From an uncultured Treponema sp. (GTDB taxonomy: Bacteria > Spirochaetota > Spirochaetia > Treponematales > Treponemataceae), in assembly GCA_963547785.1 (NCBI GenBank), contig CAUUSH010000007.1, forward strand, positions 3,193 to 67,192: 64,000 nucleotides of DNA, read 5' to 3'. How positions within the stretch are numbered: the first letter of the stretch is position 1; every line of letters starts with the position of its first letter. Shown piece by piece: positions 1 to 8,305 of this stretch. A model generated the notes under the pieces. That model was not told the origin of the DNA. It was given only the letters and a program-made list of their open reading frames with translations, and ran no database searches. The translations under genes were made by a program, and so were the position numbers.

Positions 1-2
1 TT

Positions 3-1205
3 ACCGACATCATAAAAAATCATGCAAAACAACTGATGCAGATTTTGAAGGACGAGCTTGAATACGAAAAATCGATGCTCACCGACCGCCTGCACCTGCG
101 TACGCTTGAACGCATCTTTATCGAAGAGCGCATTTACAAAAAGATCGAAACGATGAAGACGGCCGACGGTGTTATCAATGCGGTGCTCAAAGGCTTTGTG
201 CCGTTTAAAAAAGAATTGATCCGCGAGGTTACCGAAGAAGATGTCGACCGACTGCTTAAAATTCCGATCCGCAGAATTTCGCTGTACGATATAAACAAAA
301 ACCGCGAAGAAGTAAAAGACATAAAAAACCGTTTAAAAGAAATTGCAAAACTGTTGAAAAATCTTAAAGATTATGCGGTAAGCGTTTTGGATAAAATTCT
401 GGAAAAACTTCCCGAAGAAGAGTATAAGCGCAAAACGGAGATAACGGGCTTTACAAAGGTCGATGTAAAAGAGGCCGTTACCCGCGACACGCCGCTGCGC
501 TATGATGAACAAACCGGTTACCTCGGAACGGCCGTAACCACCGGAAAAGAAATTTTGCGCGTAACCCCGTACGACCGTATTTTTATTTTGCGGAAAAGCG
601 GGGTTTACACCGTAATGGACGTTCCCGACAGGGTTTTTGTGGACACGGGAATGTGGTACTGCGGTTTTGCCGAAAAAGAAGAATTATCGAAAATCCTGTT
701 TACGGTAATTTACCGCGATACGAAAACGAAATATCCGTATATCAAACGATCTCGCATAGAAGGCTACATTTTAAACAGGGATTATGTGTTTGCGCCTGAC
801 AATACCGAAGTACTGTTCGTAAGCACCAAGGCGAAATTTTCATTTACGGTAACCTATGCGCCCAAACCCCGCATAAAAAAAACCGAAGACGTCTTTAAGG
901 CCGAAGACTTTGCAGAAAAAGGATTGAAAACGCTCGGCGTACGGCTTGCAGTAAGAGAGGCGCTTTCGGCCGGCGAAGCTGCGGAAAAGAAGTCGCTTAT
1001 AAAAAAGGCCGGCGAAAAAAAAGCATCTGCCGAAAAAAAGACGGCGGATGGAACCGAAAAAGGTTCGGCTAAAAAAGAAACGGAAAACAAAAAGCCGGCG
1101 GCGTCTTCCAAAACCGCTTCGGGTAAAAAGACCGGATCCGAAAAACCGGCAAAGGCCGGCTCCAAAAAGACGGAACCGAAAAAGACCGGTAAAGCGAAAA
1201 AATAA
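3..1205 (+). CDS. parC: DNA topoisomerase IV subunit A, 3' part (5' end outside window), with Lys/Ala-rich C-terminal tail
   Basis: Frame open from position 3. LLKIPIRRISLYD segment resembles the end of the GyrA/ParC breakage-reunion domain, followed by a degenerate CTD and a K-rich tail. Confidence 0.7.
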   Translation, partial: TDIIKNHAKQLMQILKDELEYEKSMLTDRLHLRTLERIFIEERIYKKIETMKTADGVINAVLKGFVPFKKELIREVTEEDVDRLLKIPIRRISLYDINKNREEVKDIKNRLKEIAKLLKNLKDYAVSVLDKILEKLPEEEYKRKTEITGFTKVDVKEAVTRDTPLRYDEQTGYLGTAVTTGKEILRVTPYDRIFILRKSGVYTVMDVPDRVFVDTGMWYCGFAEKEELSKILFTVIYRDTKTKYPYIKRSRIEGYILNRDYVFAPDNTEVLFVSTKAKFSFTVTYAPKPRIKKTEDVFKAEDFAEKGLKTLGVRLAVREALSAGEAAEKKSLIKKAGEKKASAEKKTADGTEKGSAKKETENKKPAASSKTASGKKTGSEKPAKAGSKKTEPKKTGKAKK

Positions 1206-1227
1206 AAAGATTTAGCCGGTTTTTTTC

Positions 1228-1280
1228 AGCAAACTTGCCGCATTTTTAAGCGGTGTAACAACGCCGATTAAAATAAACCT
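1228..1280 (-). repeat. Degenerate inverted copy of the palindromic repeat family at 15255-15500
   Basis: Reverse complement AGGTTTATTTTAATCGGCGTTGTTACACCGCTTAAAAATGCGGCAAGTTTGCT aligns with AGGTTTATTTTAAGCGGTACAAATAGTACCGCTTAAAAACACAGGCGAGTTTGCT. Confidence 0.75.
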
Positions 1281-1319
1281 CTCTAACGTTTTTTTTTCGA
1301 TAAAAATGCGCATTGTCTA

Positions 1320-1348
1320 TTTACATAGAAGGCTTAGTCTGTTAATAT
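1320..1348 (+). promoter_or_regulatory. sigma70-type promoter for rpe (likely leaderless)
   Basis: TTTACA-17bp-TAATAT with TGn extension; 7 nt to ATG 1356; no SD. Confidence 0.5.
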
Positions 1349-1355
1349 GTGTAAC

Positions 1356-1985
1356 ATGGATAGGAGTTTTATTCTCAGTCCGTCGATCTTAAGTGCGGAT
1401 TTTTCCAAACTTGCGGAAGAATTACGATACATCGAAACACACGGCGGCAGCTGGGTTCATATCGACGTTATGGACGGTCATTTTGTTCCCAACCTGACAT
1501 TCGGAGCCCCTGTTGTAAAGGCCGTTCGGGGCTGCACCGCGCTGCCGTTCGACGTGCATCTTATGGTGGAACGGCCGGAAGATTTCGTGGAAAGCTTTGC
1601 ACAGGCTGGGGCTGACTATCTTACCTTTCATACGGAGGCGGCCGTGCACGCGGACCGGCTTATTGCAGAAATACGCCGCTTTGGAATGAAGCCGGGTATA
1701 AGCATTGTGCCGACAACGCCGATAAGTATAGTGGAAGAATTGCTGCCGCTTACAGACCTTGTTTTGGTAATGAGCGTAAACCCGGGATTCGGGGGGCAAA
1801 AACTCCTTCCCTACTGTCTTGAAAAAGTAAAAAAATTGAAGCAAATAAGGGAAGAAAAAGACTACGGTTATTTAATTTCGATAGACGGCGGGGTTAATTC
1901 CGAAAATATCGGAACTGCGGCTGCGGCAGGGGCGGATATCATCGTTTCAGGCTCCGCTTTTTTTTCCGGAGAGCTAAAAATATGA
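1356..1985 (+). CDS. rpe: Ribulose-phosphate 3-epimerase
   Basis: SPSILSADF, HIDVMDGHFVPNLTFG, DVHLM, MSVNPGFGGQ and IDGG motifs. Start chosen at 1356 (ORF track gives 1347). Confidence 0.95.
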   Translation: MDRSFILSPSILSADFSKLAEELRYIETHGGSWVHIDVMDGHFVPNLTFGAPVVKAVRGCTALPFDVHLMVERPEDFVESFAQAGADYLTFHTEAAVHADRLIAEIRRFGMKPGISIVPTTPISIVEELLPLTDLVLVMSVNPGFGGQKLLPYCLEKVKKLKQIREEKDYGYLISIDGGVNSENIGTAAAAGADIIVSGSAFFSGELKI

Positions 1986-2917
1986 AAAAAAACTGTTTTT
2001 TTGCACTTGTTATGTATATTTCGGGCCTTTGCGCCTTTTCTCAAACGTATACGGACTACCTTACGACCGGCCTTGATGCGTATGCACGGTCGGACTGGGC
2101 TTCGGCCGTATTTTCTTTTCAAAAAGCGATAGAACATTCGGACGGCTCAATCGAGGAAGCGTCCTATTGGCTCGTAATGGCGAATGCATCGGCAAAAAAT
2201 TATCAAGCCGGCGTGGACGGGGCGGAAAACTTTTTAAGGCGCCATCCTTCCAGCAGATACAGGGCCGAAATCGTATATCAGCAAGGCAGAATGTATTGTC
2301 TTCAGTCGGAACACGAAAAATCGATTAACACCCTGTACGGCTTTTTGCGGGACTATCCCGACAACATACAGGCGGCATCGGCCTATTATTGGATAGGCGA
2401 AAACCTGTATGAAGCGGGCCGGCTTAAAGAGGCGCGCAGTATTTTTTCGAGAGTTATTTCCGATTTTCCTTCATCGGCAAAGGTCGAACCGTCCCGTTAC
2501 AAAATAGCCTTGATAGACCAGGGCGCCGCTCACGATGAGCTTTTAAAACTGCTCAAAATAAGCCATGAGGAATTACTGAAACTTTCCGAAGAATACGAAA
2601 AAAGCAAAAAAATGCATGAGCAAACCGTAGATTCGTACCAGAAACAAATAGCCGAAATACACCGTGATACCAGGACGGCCGAACTTGCCGAAAAACTGCA
2701 ATTGGAAAAGCGGAAAAACGAAGAACTCATGGAAAAACTTGCTCTCTTGGAGCTTAAAAACCGCGAGCTTGAAAGTGCGGCTGAAAAGGCAAACGAAGCG
2801 GACAAGGCCGACGCGGAAGCTGCCGCAAAACGAAAGGCCGCCATCGACGCTTTAAAAGAAAAGGCACGGATTCTTGAAAATATGTACGATAATTTGAACG
2901 GAGGAAACCAAAAATGA
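1982..2917 (+). CDS. Exported TPR protein with C-terminal coiled coil (CpoB/BamD-like)
   Basis: Signal peptide; repeated TPR-like helices (AYYWIGE, YP.S motifs); charged coiled-coil tail. Confidence 0.7.
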   Translation: MKKNCFFALVMYISGLCAFSQTYTDYLTTGLDAYARSDWASAVFSFQKAIEHSDGSIEEASYWLVMANASAKNYQAGVDGAENFLRRHPSSRYRAEIVYQQGRMYCLQSEHEKSINTLYGFLRDYPDNIQAASAYYWIGENLYEAGRLKEARSIFSRVISDFPSSAKVEPSRYKIALIDQGAAHDELLKLLKISHEELLKLSEEYEKSKKMHEQTVDSYQKQIAEIHRDTRTAELAEKLQLEKRKNEELMEKLALLELKNRELESAAEKANEADKADAEAAAKRKAAIDALKEKARILENMYDNLNGGNQK

Positions 2918-3927
2918 AAAAAACAATATTATTTTTCGTTGCAGCATTCATATCTGCCTCTTTTCTTTATGCAAAACCGCAGCCCGATTATGAGATTGTT
3001 TCGGGCAATTTAAAATTGAAGGTTTTTAGAAAAACAGGCAATTTTTGCCTTTACAGCCTGTCACCGAGGGGTAAGAGCAAATACATTCCCCTATACGACG
3101 ACCGTTCTTTAGGCCGCGACAACAAGTTTTATGTTTTACATAACGGTAAGTCCTACGAGCTAAAAAACCGGCTTAGTAAACCGGTAACCGTTACACAGAC
3201 GGAAAACGCCATCAACCTGACGTATCATTTTACGGATAAATTTTATGTAGTACAAAAACTCTCGTTTACCGACCAAAGCTACGGAACAAGCGGCAGCCTT
3301 TTAAAAATAGAAACCGTAGTAGAAAACACAAGCGGCGAGCGGGCCGATATGGCCTTAAAGGCTCTTTTCGATACCTATCTTGGAGAAAACAGACGCATTC
3401 CGCTATACACGGACTTGCGGACAGGTATTTTTAAAGAAACGGTTTTAGAGCCGAAGCTAGAAAAAGATTCTGCTGTTATTTCCGCCAATTCCGAGGCCGC
3501 CTGTATGTTTTTGATACACCATTCGGAAGCGTCTTTGCCCGAAAACGTGTACATCGCGAACTGGGACAGGCTGCAAAGCGTAAAATGGATACCGTCCGTT
3601 GTGCAGGGGCGTTCTTTCAGCACTAAATATTTCCATAACGATTCCGCCATGCTTTTCGTATGGCCGCAAGAGCGGTTTGAAAATAAAGAAAAACTTTCGG
3701 TAACAATGTTTATCGGCTATTTCGATCATATAAAACGGCATTCGCCTGAAAACCGCGGGAAAGAAGAAGTGCCGCCTACGCCCGAAAACAAAAAAGATTA
3801 TGAGTACATCAAAGCGCTTTTGGACAAGATTGCCGAAGTAGAAGACTCACCCGATGCGGTTTCCGATGAATACATCGACGATTTGACAAAACAAGCAGAT
3901 AATGCTATAAATGACATACAGGAATAA
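2914..3927 (+). CDS. Exported hypothetical protein
   Basis: 337-aa ORF; GGAGG SD; signal peptide; overlaps previous stop. Confidence 0.75.
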   Translation: MKKTILFFVAAFISASFLYAKPQPDYEIVSGNLKLKVFRKTGNFCLYSLSPRGKSKYIPLYDDRSLGRDNKFYVLHNGKSYELKNRLSKPVTVTQTENAINLTYHFTDKFYVVQKLSFTDQSYGTSGSLLKIETVVENTSGERADMALKALFDTYLGENRRIPLYTDLRTGIFKETVLEPKLEKDSAVISANSEAACMFLIHHSEASLPENVYIANWDRLQSVKWIPSVVQGRSFSTKYFHNDSAMLFVWPQERFENKEKLSVTMFIGYFDHIKRHSPENRGKEEVPPTPENKKDYEYIKALLDKIAEVEDSPDAVSDEYIDDLTKQADNAINDIQE

Positions 3928-3930
3928 GGA

Positions 3931-5031
3931 ATGGCACTATCGGTTATAGATCAAGGAAAAAGATTTTTTAATAAAAGGAAATACAACGAAGTAATTTCCG
4001 TTTTGGAGCCTCATGTCATAGATTATAAAGATTCTTTTTCTTTTCACTTTTACCTCGGTCTTGCTTTTTTGTATAGAGGTGAAATGGATACTGCCAGAGA
4101 TTATTTTTTCCGTGCGCGCCAGCTAAAGCCCACAGATCCCGACTTGCTTGCCGTTTATGCGGTAATGGCACTGCGTCATTCCGATACCACGAATGCAGTC
4201 GAATATTATTTACAAGCCTTAGAACATGCGCCTAACTATAAACTTGCTTCAAAAGGGCTTGAAATTATACGCAAACATAATACGCCTGAAAAAATAAATG
4301 CTTTGATACAGTCGGGAAAGATAAAAAGGCTGTATCCAAGACCCGGAAAAGAAGAGCGGCTGGCACGGACTGTTGCCGTTTCACTGATTATTTTAATTTC
4401 GACGGTATCGGCGGCCGTCATTGTCCCATATATTTTAAAGACGAGGGAATTTGCGGATACCGGCAGGGCTGACCTTTCGGATTTAAAACTGAACAGCAAC
4501 GAGAAAAAGTTTGCCGTTGATATGGAAGGCTCTTATTTATATGTATTGACCCAAAACGAAATTCTCGATTCATACGAAAATGCCCAAAAGTATTTTAACA
4601 AGAGAAGAGATAATGCAGCACAGGTGGAAATAAACAAAATCCTTTCTTCGAATGCGGCCTTTTCCATAAAACAAAAGGCACAGCTTTTAACGGAATATTT
4701 TGAAGAACCCGGTTTTGACACCATAAAAGACGTATACAATTTTTCGCAGGTAAAAGACGAACCGCTTTTATACCTTGACTGCTGGGTAGTCTGGAAGGGC
4801 GTTCCGGCAAACATCGAAACGGGCGAATTTAGCACCGCCTTTAATTTGCTTGTCGGATACGATACAAAGCGGCACCTTGAAGGCGTTGTACCCGTTTTAT
4901 GCGATTTTGTTGCAAAGATAGATACCGATAGACCCATCAGCGTCTTGGGACAGGTACAGCTTAAAGACGGCGTCGTATTTTTACAAGGTAAGGGAATTCA
5001 TCAAAGTCAAAAACCCGCTTACAATGAATAA
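3931..5031 (+). CDS. TPR-containing membrane protein
   Basis: N-terminal TPR helices and one central TM segment; AAGGA upstream. Confidence 0.75.
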   Translation: MALSVIDQGKRFFNKRKYNEVISVLEPHVIDYKDSFSFHFYLGLAFLYRGEMDTARDYFFRARQLKPTDPDLLAVYAVMALRHSDTTNAVEYYLQALEHAPNYKLASKGLEIIRKHNTPEKINALIQSGKIKRLYPRPGKEERLARTVAVSLIILISTVSAAVIVPYILKTREFADTGRADLSDLKLNSNEKKFAVDMEGSYLYVLTQNEILDSYENAQKYFNKRRDNAAQVEINKILSSNAAFSIKQKAQLLTEYFEEPGFDTIKDVYNFSQVKDEPLLYLDCWVVWKGVPANIETGEFSTAFNLLVGYDTKRHLEGVVPVLCDFVAKIDTDRPISVLGQVQLKDGVVFLQGKGIHQSQKPAYNE

Positions 5032-5092
5032 ATGCAGGATCGATAGCCCGGATCGGCTCCAGCGTTACATTGCGATCATGAAAGTCATAACA

Positions 5093-5323
5093 CCACTCAA
5101 ATAAGGGTGAACATCTCACACCCATAAGGGTGAGCACCTCACACCTATAGGTGTGAACACCCTATCATTATGCAGATAGACCAGCTATCATTATGCAGAT
5201 AGACCAGCTATCATTATGTAGATTGACCGGCGTAGACTATGTACTACGAGTGACGAAGCTTATAATCTACGGCCGGCGTAGGTTATGCTCTACGGCCGGC
5301 ATAGACTATGTACTACGGCCGGC
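5093..5323. repeat. 23-bp-period array of about ten 18-bp palindromic boxes separated by 5-bp linkers
   Basis: Boxes start at 5093, 5116, 5139, 5162, 5185, 5208, 5231, 5254, 5277 and 5300. Arm families are TCACA/TGTGA, CTATC/GATAG and CGTAG/CTACG. Confidence 0.9.
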
Positions 5324-6317
5324 ACACAATACGGAAGCCGATGTTGTCCTCTGCATGCTCGGGATTCTCTGGAGAGGCCGGTGCTGTGTTACCTCTATAA
5401 ACGCATTTGCATGCGGTGCCGGCTGTACTCCATGCGCCGCCGCGTTTAGTGCGATCGGTAAAGCCAGACGCAGGGCCTGTAGGATTCTCTCCGCCAGACG
5501 GGACGGCAGGGTTATACAAGTCCCAGCACCATTCCCACACGTTGCCGCTCATATCGTATAAACCGTAAACGTTTGCCGTCTTTTTCCCTACCTCATGTGT
5601 TTTGTGGTTTGAATTTTCGCTAAACCATGCAACATTTCCAGCTGCCGTACCGCCTGAATAGGGATCGGCTGTACCGACGCGGGCGGCCCACTCCCATTCG
5701 GCTTCGGTCGGCAGCCTAAAGCCTCTTTTGCTTAAATCTTGTGTTACGGTTTTGCCGCTGCCGCTGCCGCTTACGGAATATACCCTTTCGGAAGGGCCTA
5801 AGCCCGCAATCCCGTCCGTCAGCTTGTTGCAAAAATCGATGCAATCGAACCACGTTACCGTGTCGGCGGGACGCTTTAATTGCTCCTCTCCTGCGTCAGG
5901 TTCTTTTCCGGTTGATCCGTCAAACTGGCTCGGATTGCTTCCCATAACCGCTTGATATAGCTCCTGTGTAACCTCCGTTTCGCCTATATTATAGGCCGTA
6001 AGGCTTACCGTGTGCGGACCGTTATTATCTGAGGCGGCGGCTCCCGCTCCAAGGCTCAATCCGGAACCGCCCGCAATCGGCCGCATCATATACGTTACGC
6101 TGCCGACGGTTAAGGTTCCCGTTGCAGCATTGTAACTTCCTATCACGGGCGGCAGACTTCCAGAACCGCCGCCCCCGCCGCTTCCCGGCTTTTTTTGTCC
6201 GCTGCCGCCAGGACAGCCGGTGCACACCAAAGCTGCGGTAAAGATAAGTAATGCAGCTGTTGCAAGCGCCGCGCTTCTTTGAAGGGGCTGCGCCTTTTTC
6301 ATTCGATTTGTTTTCAT
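5313..6317 (-). CDS. FGE-sulfatase (CLec-fold) domain lipoprotein, similar to Treponema DGR target/TvpA-family proteins
   Basis: GGAGG SD; lipobox LVCTG-C; ETEVTQ, GFRLPTEAEWEWAAR, GLYDMSGNVWEWCWD and RGGAW motifs; ends GFRIVCRP. Confidence 0.9.
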   Translation of the reverse strand: MKTNRMKKAQPLQRSAALATAALLIFTAALVCTGCPGGSGQKKPGSGGGGGSGSLPPVIGSYNAATGTLTVGSVTYMMRPIAGGSGLSLGAGAAASDNNGPHTVSLTAYNIGETEVTQELYQAVMGSNPSQFDGSTGKEPDAGEEQLKRPADTVTWFDCIDFCNKLTDGIAGLGPSERVYSVSGSGSGKTVTQDLSKRGFRLPTEAEWEWAARVGTADPYSGGTAAGNVAWFSENSNHKTHEVGKKTANVYGLYDMSGNVWEWCWDLYNPAVPSGGENPTGPASGFTDRTKRGGAWSTAGTACKCVYRGNTAPASPENPEHAEDNIGFRIVCRP

Positions 6318-6363
6318 ATAAACCTCCGTAAATTATTTTTCTGCAATATATCAATATCGATAA

Positions 6364-6401
6364 TAGACCTGTTCTGAAACTGAAGTTTCCAAACAGGTCT
6401 A
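6364..6401. repeat. 38-bp imperfect palindrome (REP-like or operator) upstream of the CLec gene
   Basis: TAGACCTGTTctGAAACT-ga-AGTTTCcaAACAGGTCTA; 16 of 18 positions pair. Confidence 0.8.
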
Positions 6402-6562
6402 ATATAACACATTTTTACGTCTTTTGCCGGAATTTTCGGATAAAACTTTAAAAAAAATTATATGCGAGGAAGGATTCGATGTAAATCGATATTTTACATA
6501 ATTCGAAAGCGTTCTTGCAACTTTTTAGAAAAGATGCTGTCTATACAAAAAGCGGAGCCGCT

Positions 6563-8218
6563 ATGTTTTATAAAGATTATGTAACCTGTAACGAGGACGC
6601 CGATCCCGAAACGGCACGGAATTCGTTTTCAATTACCATTCCCAACAATTTCAATTTTGCTTACGACGTAATAGACAGAATCGCACGGGAAAAGCCCGAT
6701 ACGGAGGCCTTGGTGTGGTGCGATGATAATGAAGAGCGGATTTTTTCGTTCGGCGAGCTTTCTAAAGAGATAAATAAGGCTGCCAATTTTTTTACGGCTA
6801 TGGGTATCGGAAAGGGCGATACGGTCCTGCTTTTTTTGCGCAGGCGGTACGAGTTTTGGTTTATTCTGCCTGCCTTGCATAAAATAGGTGCGATTGCCGT
6901 ACCTGCAACGGTGCAGCTGGCCTCTCACGATATTGAATACAGAATTCAGTCGGCCGAGATTAAGATGATCGTAGCCGTGCAGGAAAAACAACTTCAGCAG
7001 GAAATTCAAAAAGCGGCGGATGCGGCGTATCGAAAACCCCTTTTGGTCTGGGTGCATGACGAAATGGAAGGCTGGATTTCTTTTGACAAGCTCGTTAAAA
7101 ATATGAGCGACACATTCGAGCCGCCTAAGGGGAACAACTACCCGTGCGGGAAAGACGTTTCTCTTTTGTATTTTACTTCAGGAACCTCGGGCAACCCTAA
7201 AATGGTGCAGCACAATTTTTTGTACCCGCTCGGACACATTGCAACGGCAAAGTTTTGGCAGCACGTAAAAGCGGGCGGCAGGCATTTGAGCATTGCCGAA
7301 ACGGGCTGGGCAAAGGCGATGTGGGGCAAAATTTACGGGCAATGGCTGTGCGGCTGCGCGGTTTTTGTCTATGATATGGAAATGTTTATTCCGCGCAAAC
7401 TGCTGGAAAAAATGGCTCAATACCGGATTACCTCTTTTTGTGCGCCGCCAACGGTGTACCGCTACCTTATCCGCGAACACATCGAAAACTACGATTTATC
7501 GGCCTTGGAAGAATGCACGGCGGCTGGTGAGGCTTTGAGTACCGAGATTTTCAACGTGTTTAAGGAAAAAACGGGTATCGAATTGCGGGAGGGCTACGGG
7601 CAAACCGAATTAACGCTGACCACCGGCACCTTTCCCGGTATGAAGATAAAACCGGGCTCCATGGGAAAACCCGCTCCCGGCTACGATATCGACATTATCC
7701 GGCCGGACGGTTCTTCCTGCCGCACGGGGGAAGCAGGCGAAATTATTTTGCGGCTGAACAAGGGCGCCCCGCTCGGAATGTTCGGCGGATATTATAAAAA
7801 CTACGACAAAACGGCAGAGGTCTTTAAGGGAAACGTCTACCACACAGGCGATGCGGCCTATCGGGACGAGGACGGCTACCTTTGGTTCGAAAGCCGCACG
7901 GACGATCTGATAAAAAGTTCCGGTTTTAGGATCAGCCCCTTCGAGGTGGAGTCGGTTTTATGTAAGCACCCCGCCGTCTTCGAATGCGCCGTAACGGGTA
8001 TTCCCGATGTGAAGCGGGGACAAGCCGTAAAAGCCTTTATTGTGCTAAACCGCGGCTATCCGCCGAGCAAGAATCTGGAAAAAGAGCTGATGTTCTTTGC
8101 AAAAAAAAATGCGGCCCTATATAAGGCGCCGCGTTCTTTGGAATTCGTACAAGCCCTGCCTAAAACGCATAACGGCAAGATAAGCCGCGCCGCAATTAGG
8201 CAGCGGCAAAGCGTTTAA
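6563..8218 (+). CDS. Acyl-CoA synthetase (AMP-forming)
   Basis: YFTSGTSGNPK AMP-binding motif, EGYGQTE, YHTGD and LPKT..GKI; GGAG SD before ATG 6563. Confidence 0.9.
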   Translation: MFYKDYVTCNEDADPETARNSFSITIPNNFNFAYDVIDRIAREKPDTEALVWCDDNEERIFSFGELSKEINKAANFFTAMGIGKGDTVLLFLRRRYEFWFILPALHKIGAIAVPATVQLASHDIEYRIQSAEIKMIVAVQEKQLQQEIQKAADAAYRKPLLVWVHDEMEGWISFDKLVKNMSDTFEPPKGNNYPCGKDVSLLYFTSGTSGNPKMVQHNFLYPLGHIATAKFWQHVKAGGRHLSIAETGWAKAMWGKIYGQWLCGCAVFVYDMEMFIPRKLLEKMAQYRITSFCAPPTVYRYLIREHIENYDLSALEECTAAGEALSTEIFNVFKEKTGIELREGYGQTELTLTTGTFPGMKIKPGSMGKPAPGYDIDIIRPDGSSCRTGEAGEIILRLNKGAPLGMFGGYYKNYDKTAEVFKGNVYHTGDAAYRDEDGYLWFESRTDDLIKSSGFRISPFEVESVLCKHPAVFECAVTGIPDVKRGQAVKAFIVLNRGYPPSKNLEKELMFFAKKNAALYKAPRSLEFVQALPKTHNGKISRAAIRQRQSV

Positions 8219-8269
8219 GTGCAGCGGCAGCAAGCGCTGAAACCCTACCAGCCCCCTACCCGCTCACCC

Positions 8270-8298
8270 TTGATTTTCTGTCTTCAATGCGATATACT
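8270..8298 (+). promoter_or_regulatory. sigma70-type promoter for tex (likely leaderless)
   Basis: TTGATT-17bp-TATACT; 7 nt to ATG 8306. Confidence 0.6.
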
Positions 8299-8305
8299 CA
8301 AAGGC

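Noticed and set aside
5032..5092. Further array units to the left of 5093
   Set aside because: ATG falls in register at 5032 and 5078, but the arms are not complementary; could be decay or chance.
5093..5323. CRISPR or TIGR interpretation of the array
   Set aside because: The period is only 23 bp, with no constant repeat plus unique spacer of guide length, and no cas or Nop-domain gene in the window.
5193..5561. 122-aa plus-strand ORF
   Set aside because: Runs through the repeat array and antisense to the CLec gene; no SD; no protein-like features.
5313..6500. Complete DGR locus
   Set aside because: No reverse transcriptase, Avd or AAC-rich template repeat seen in the window.
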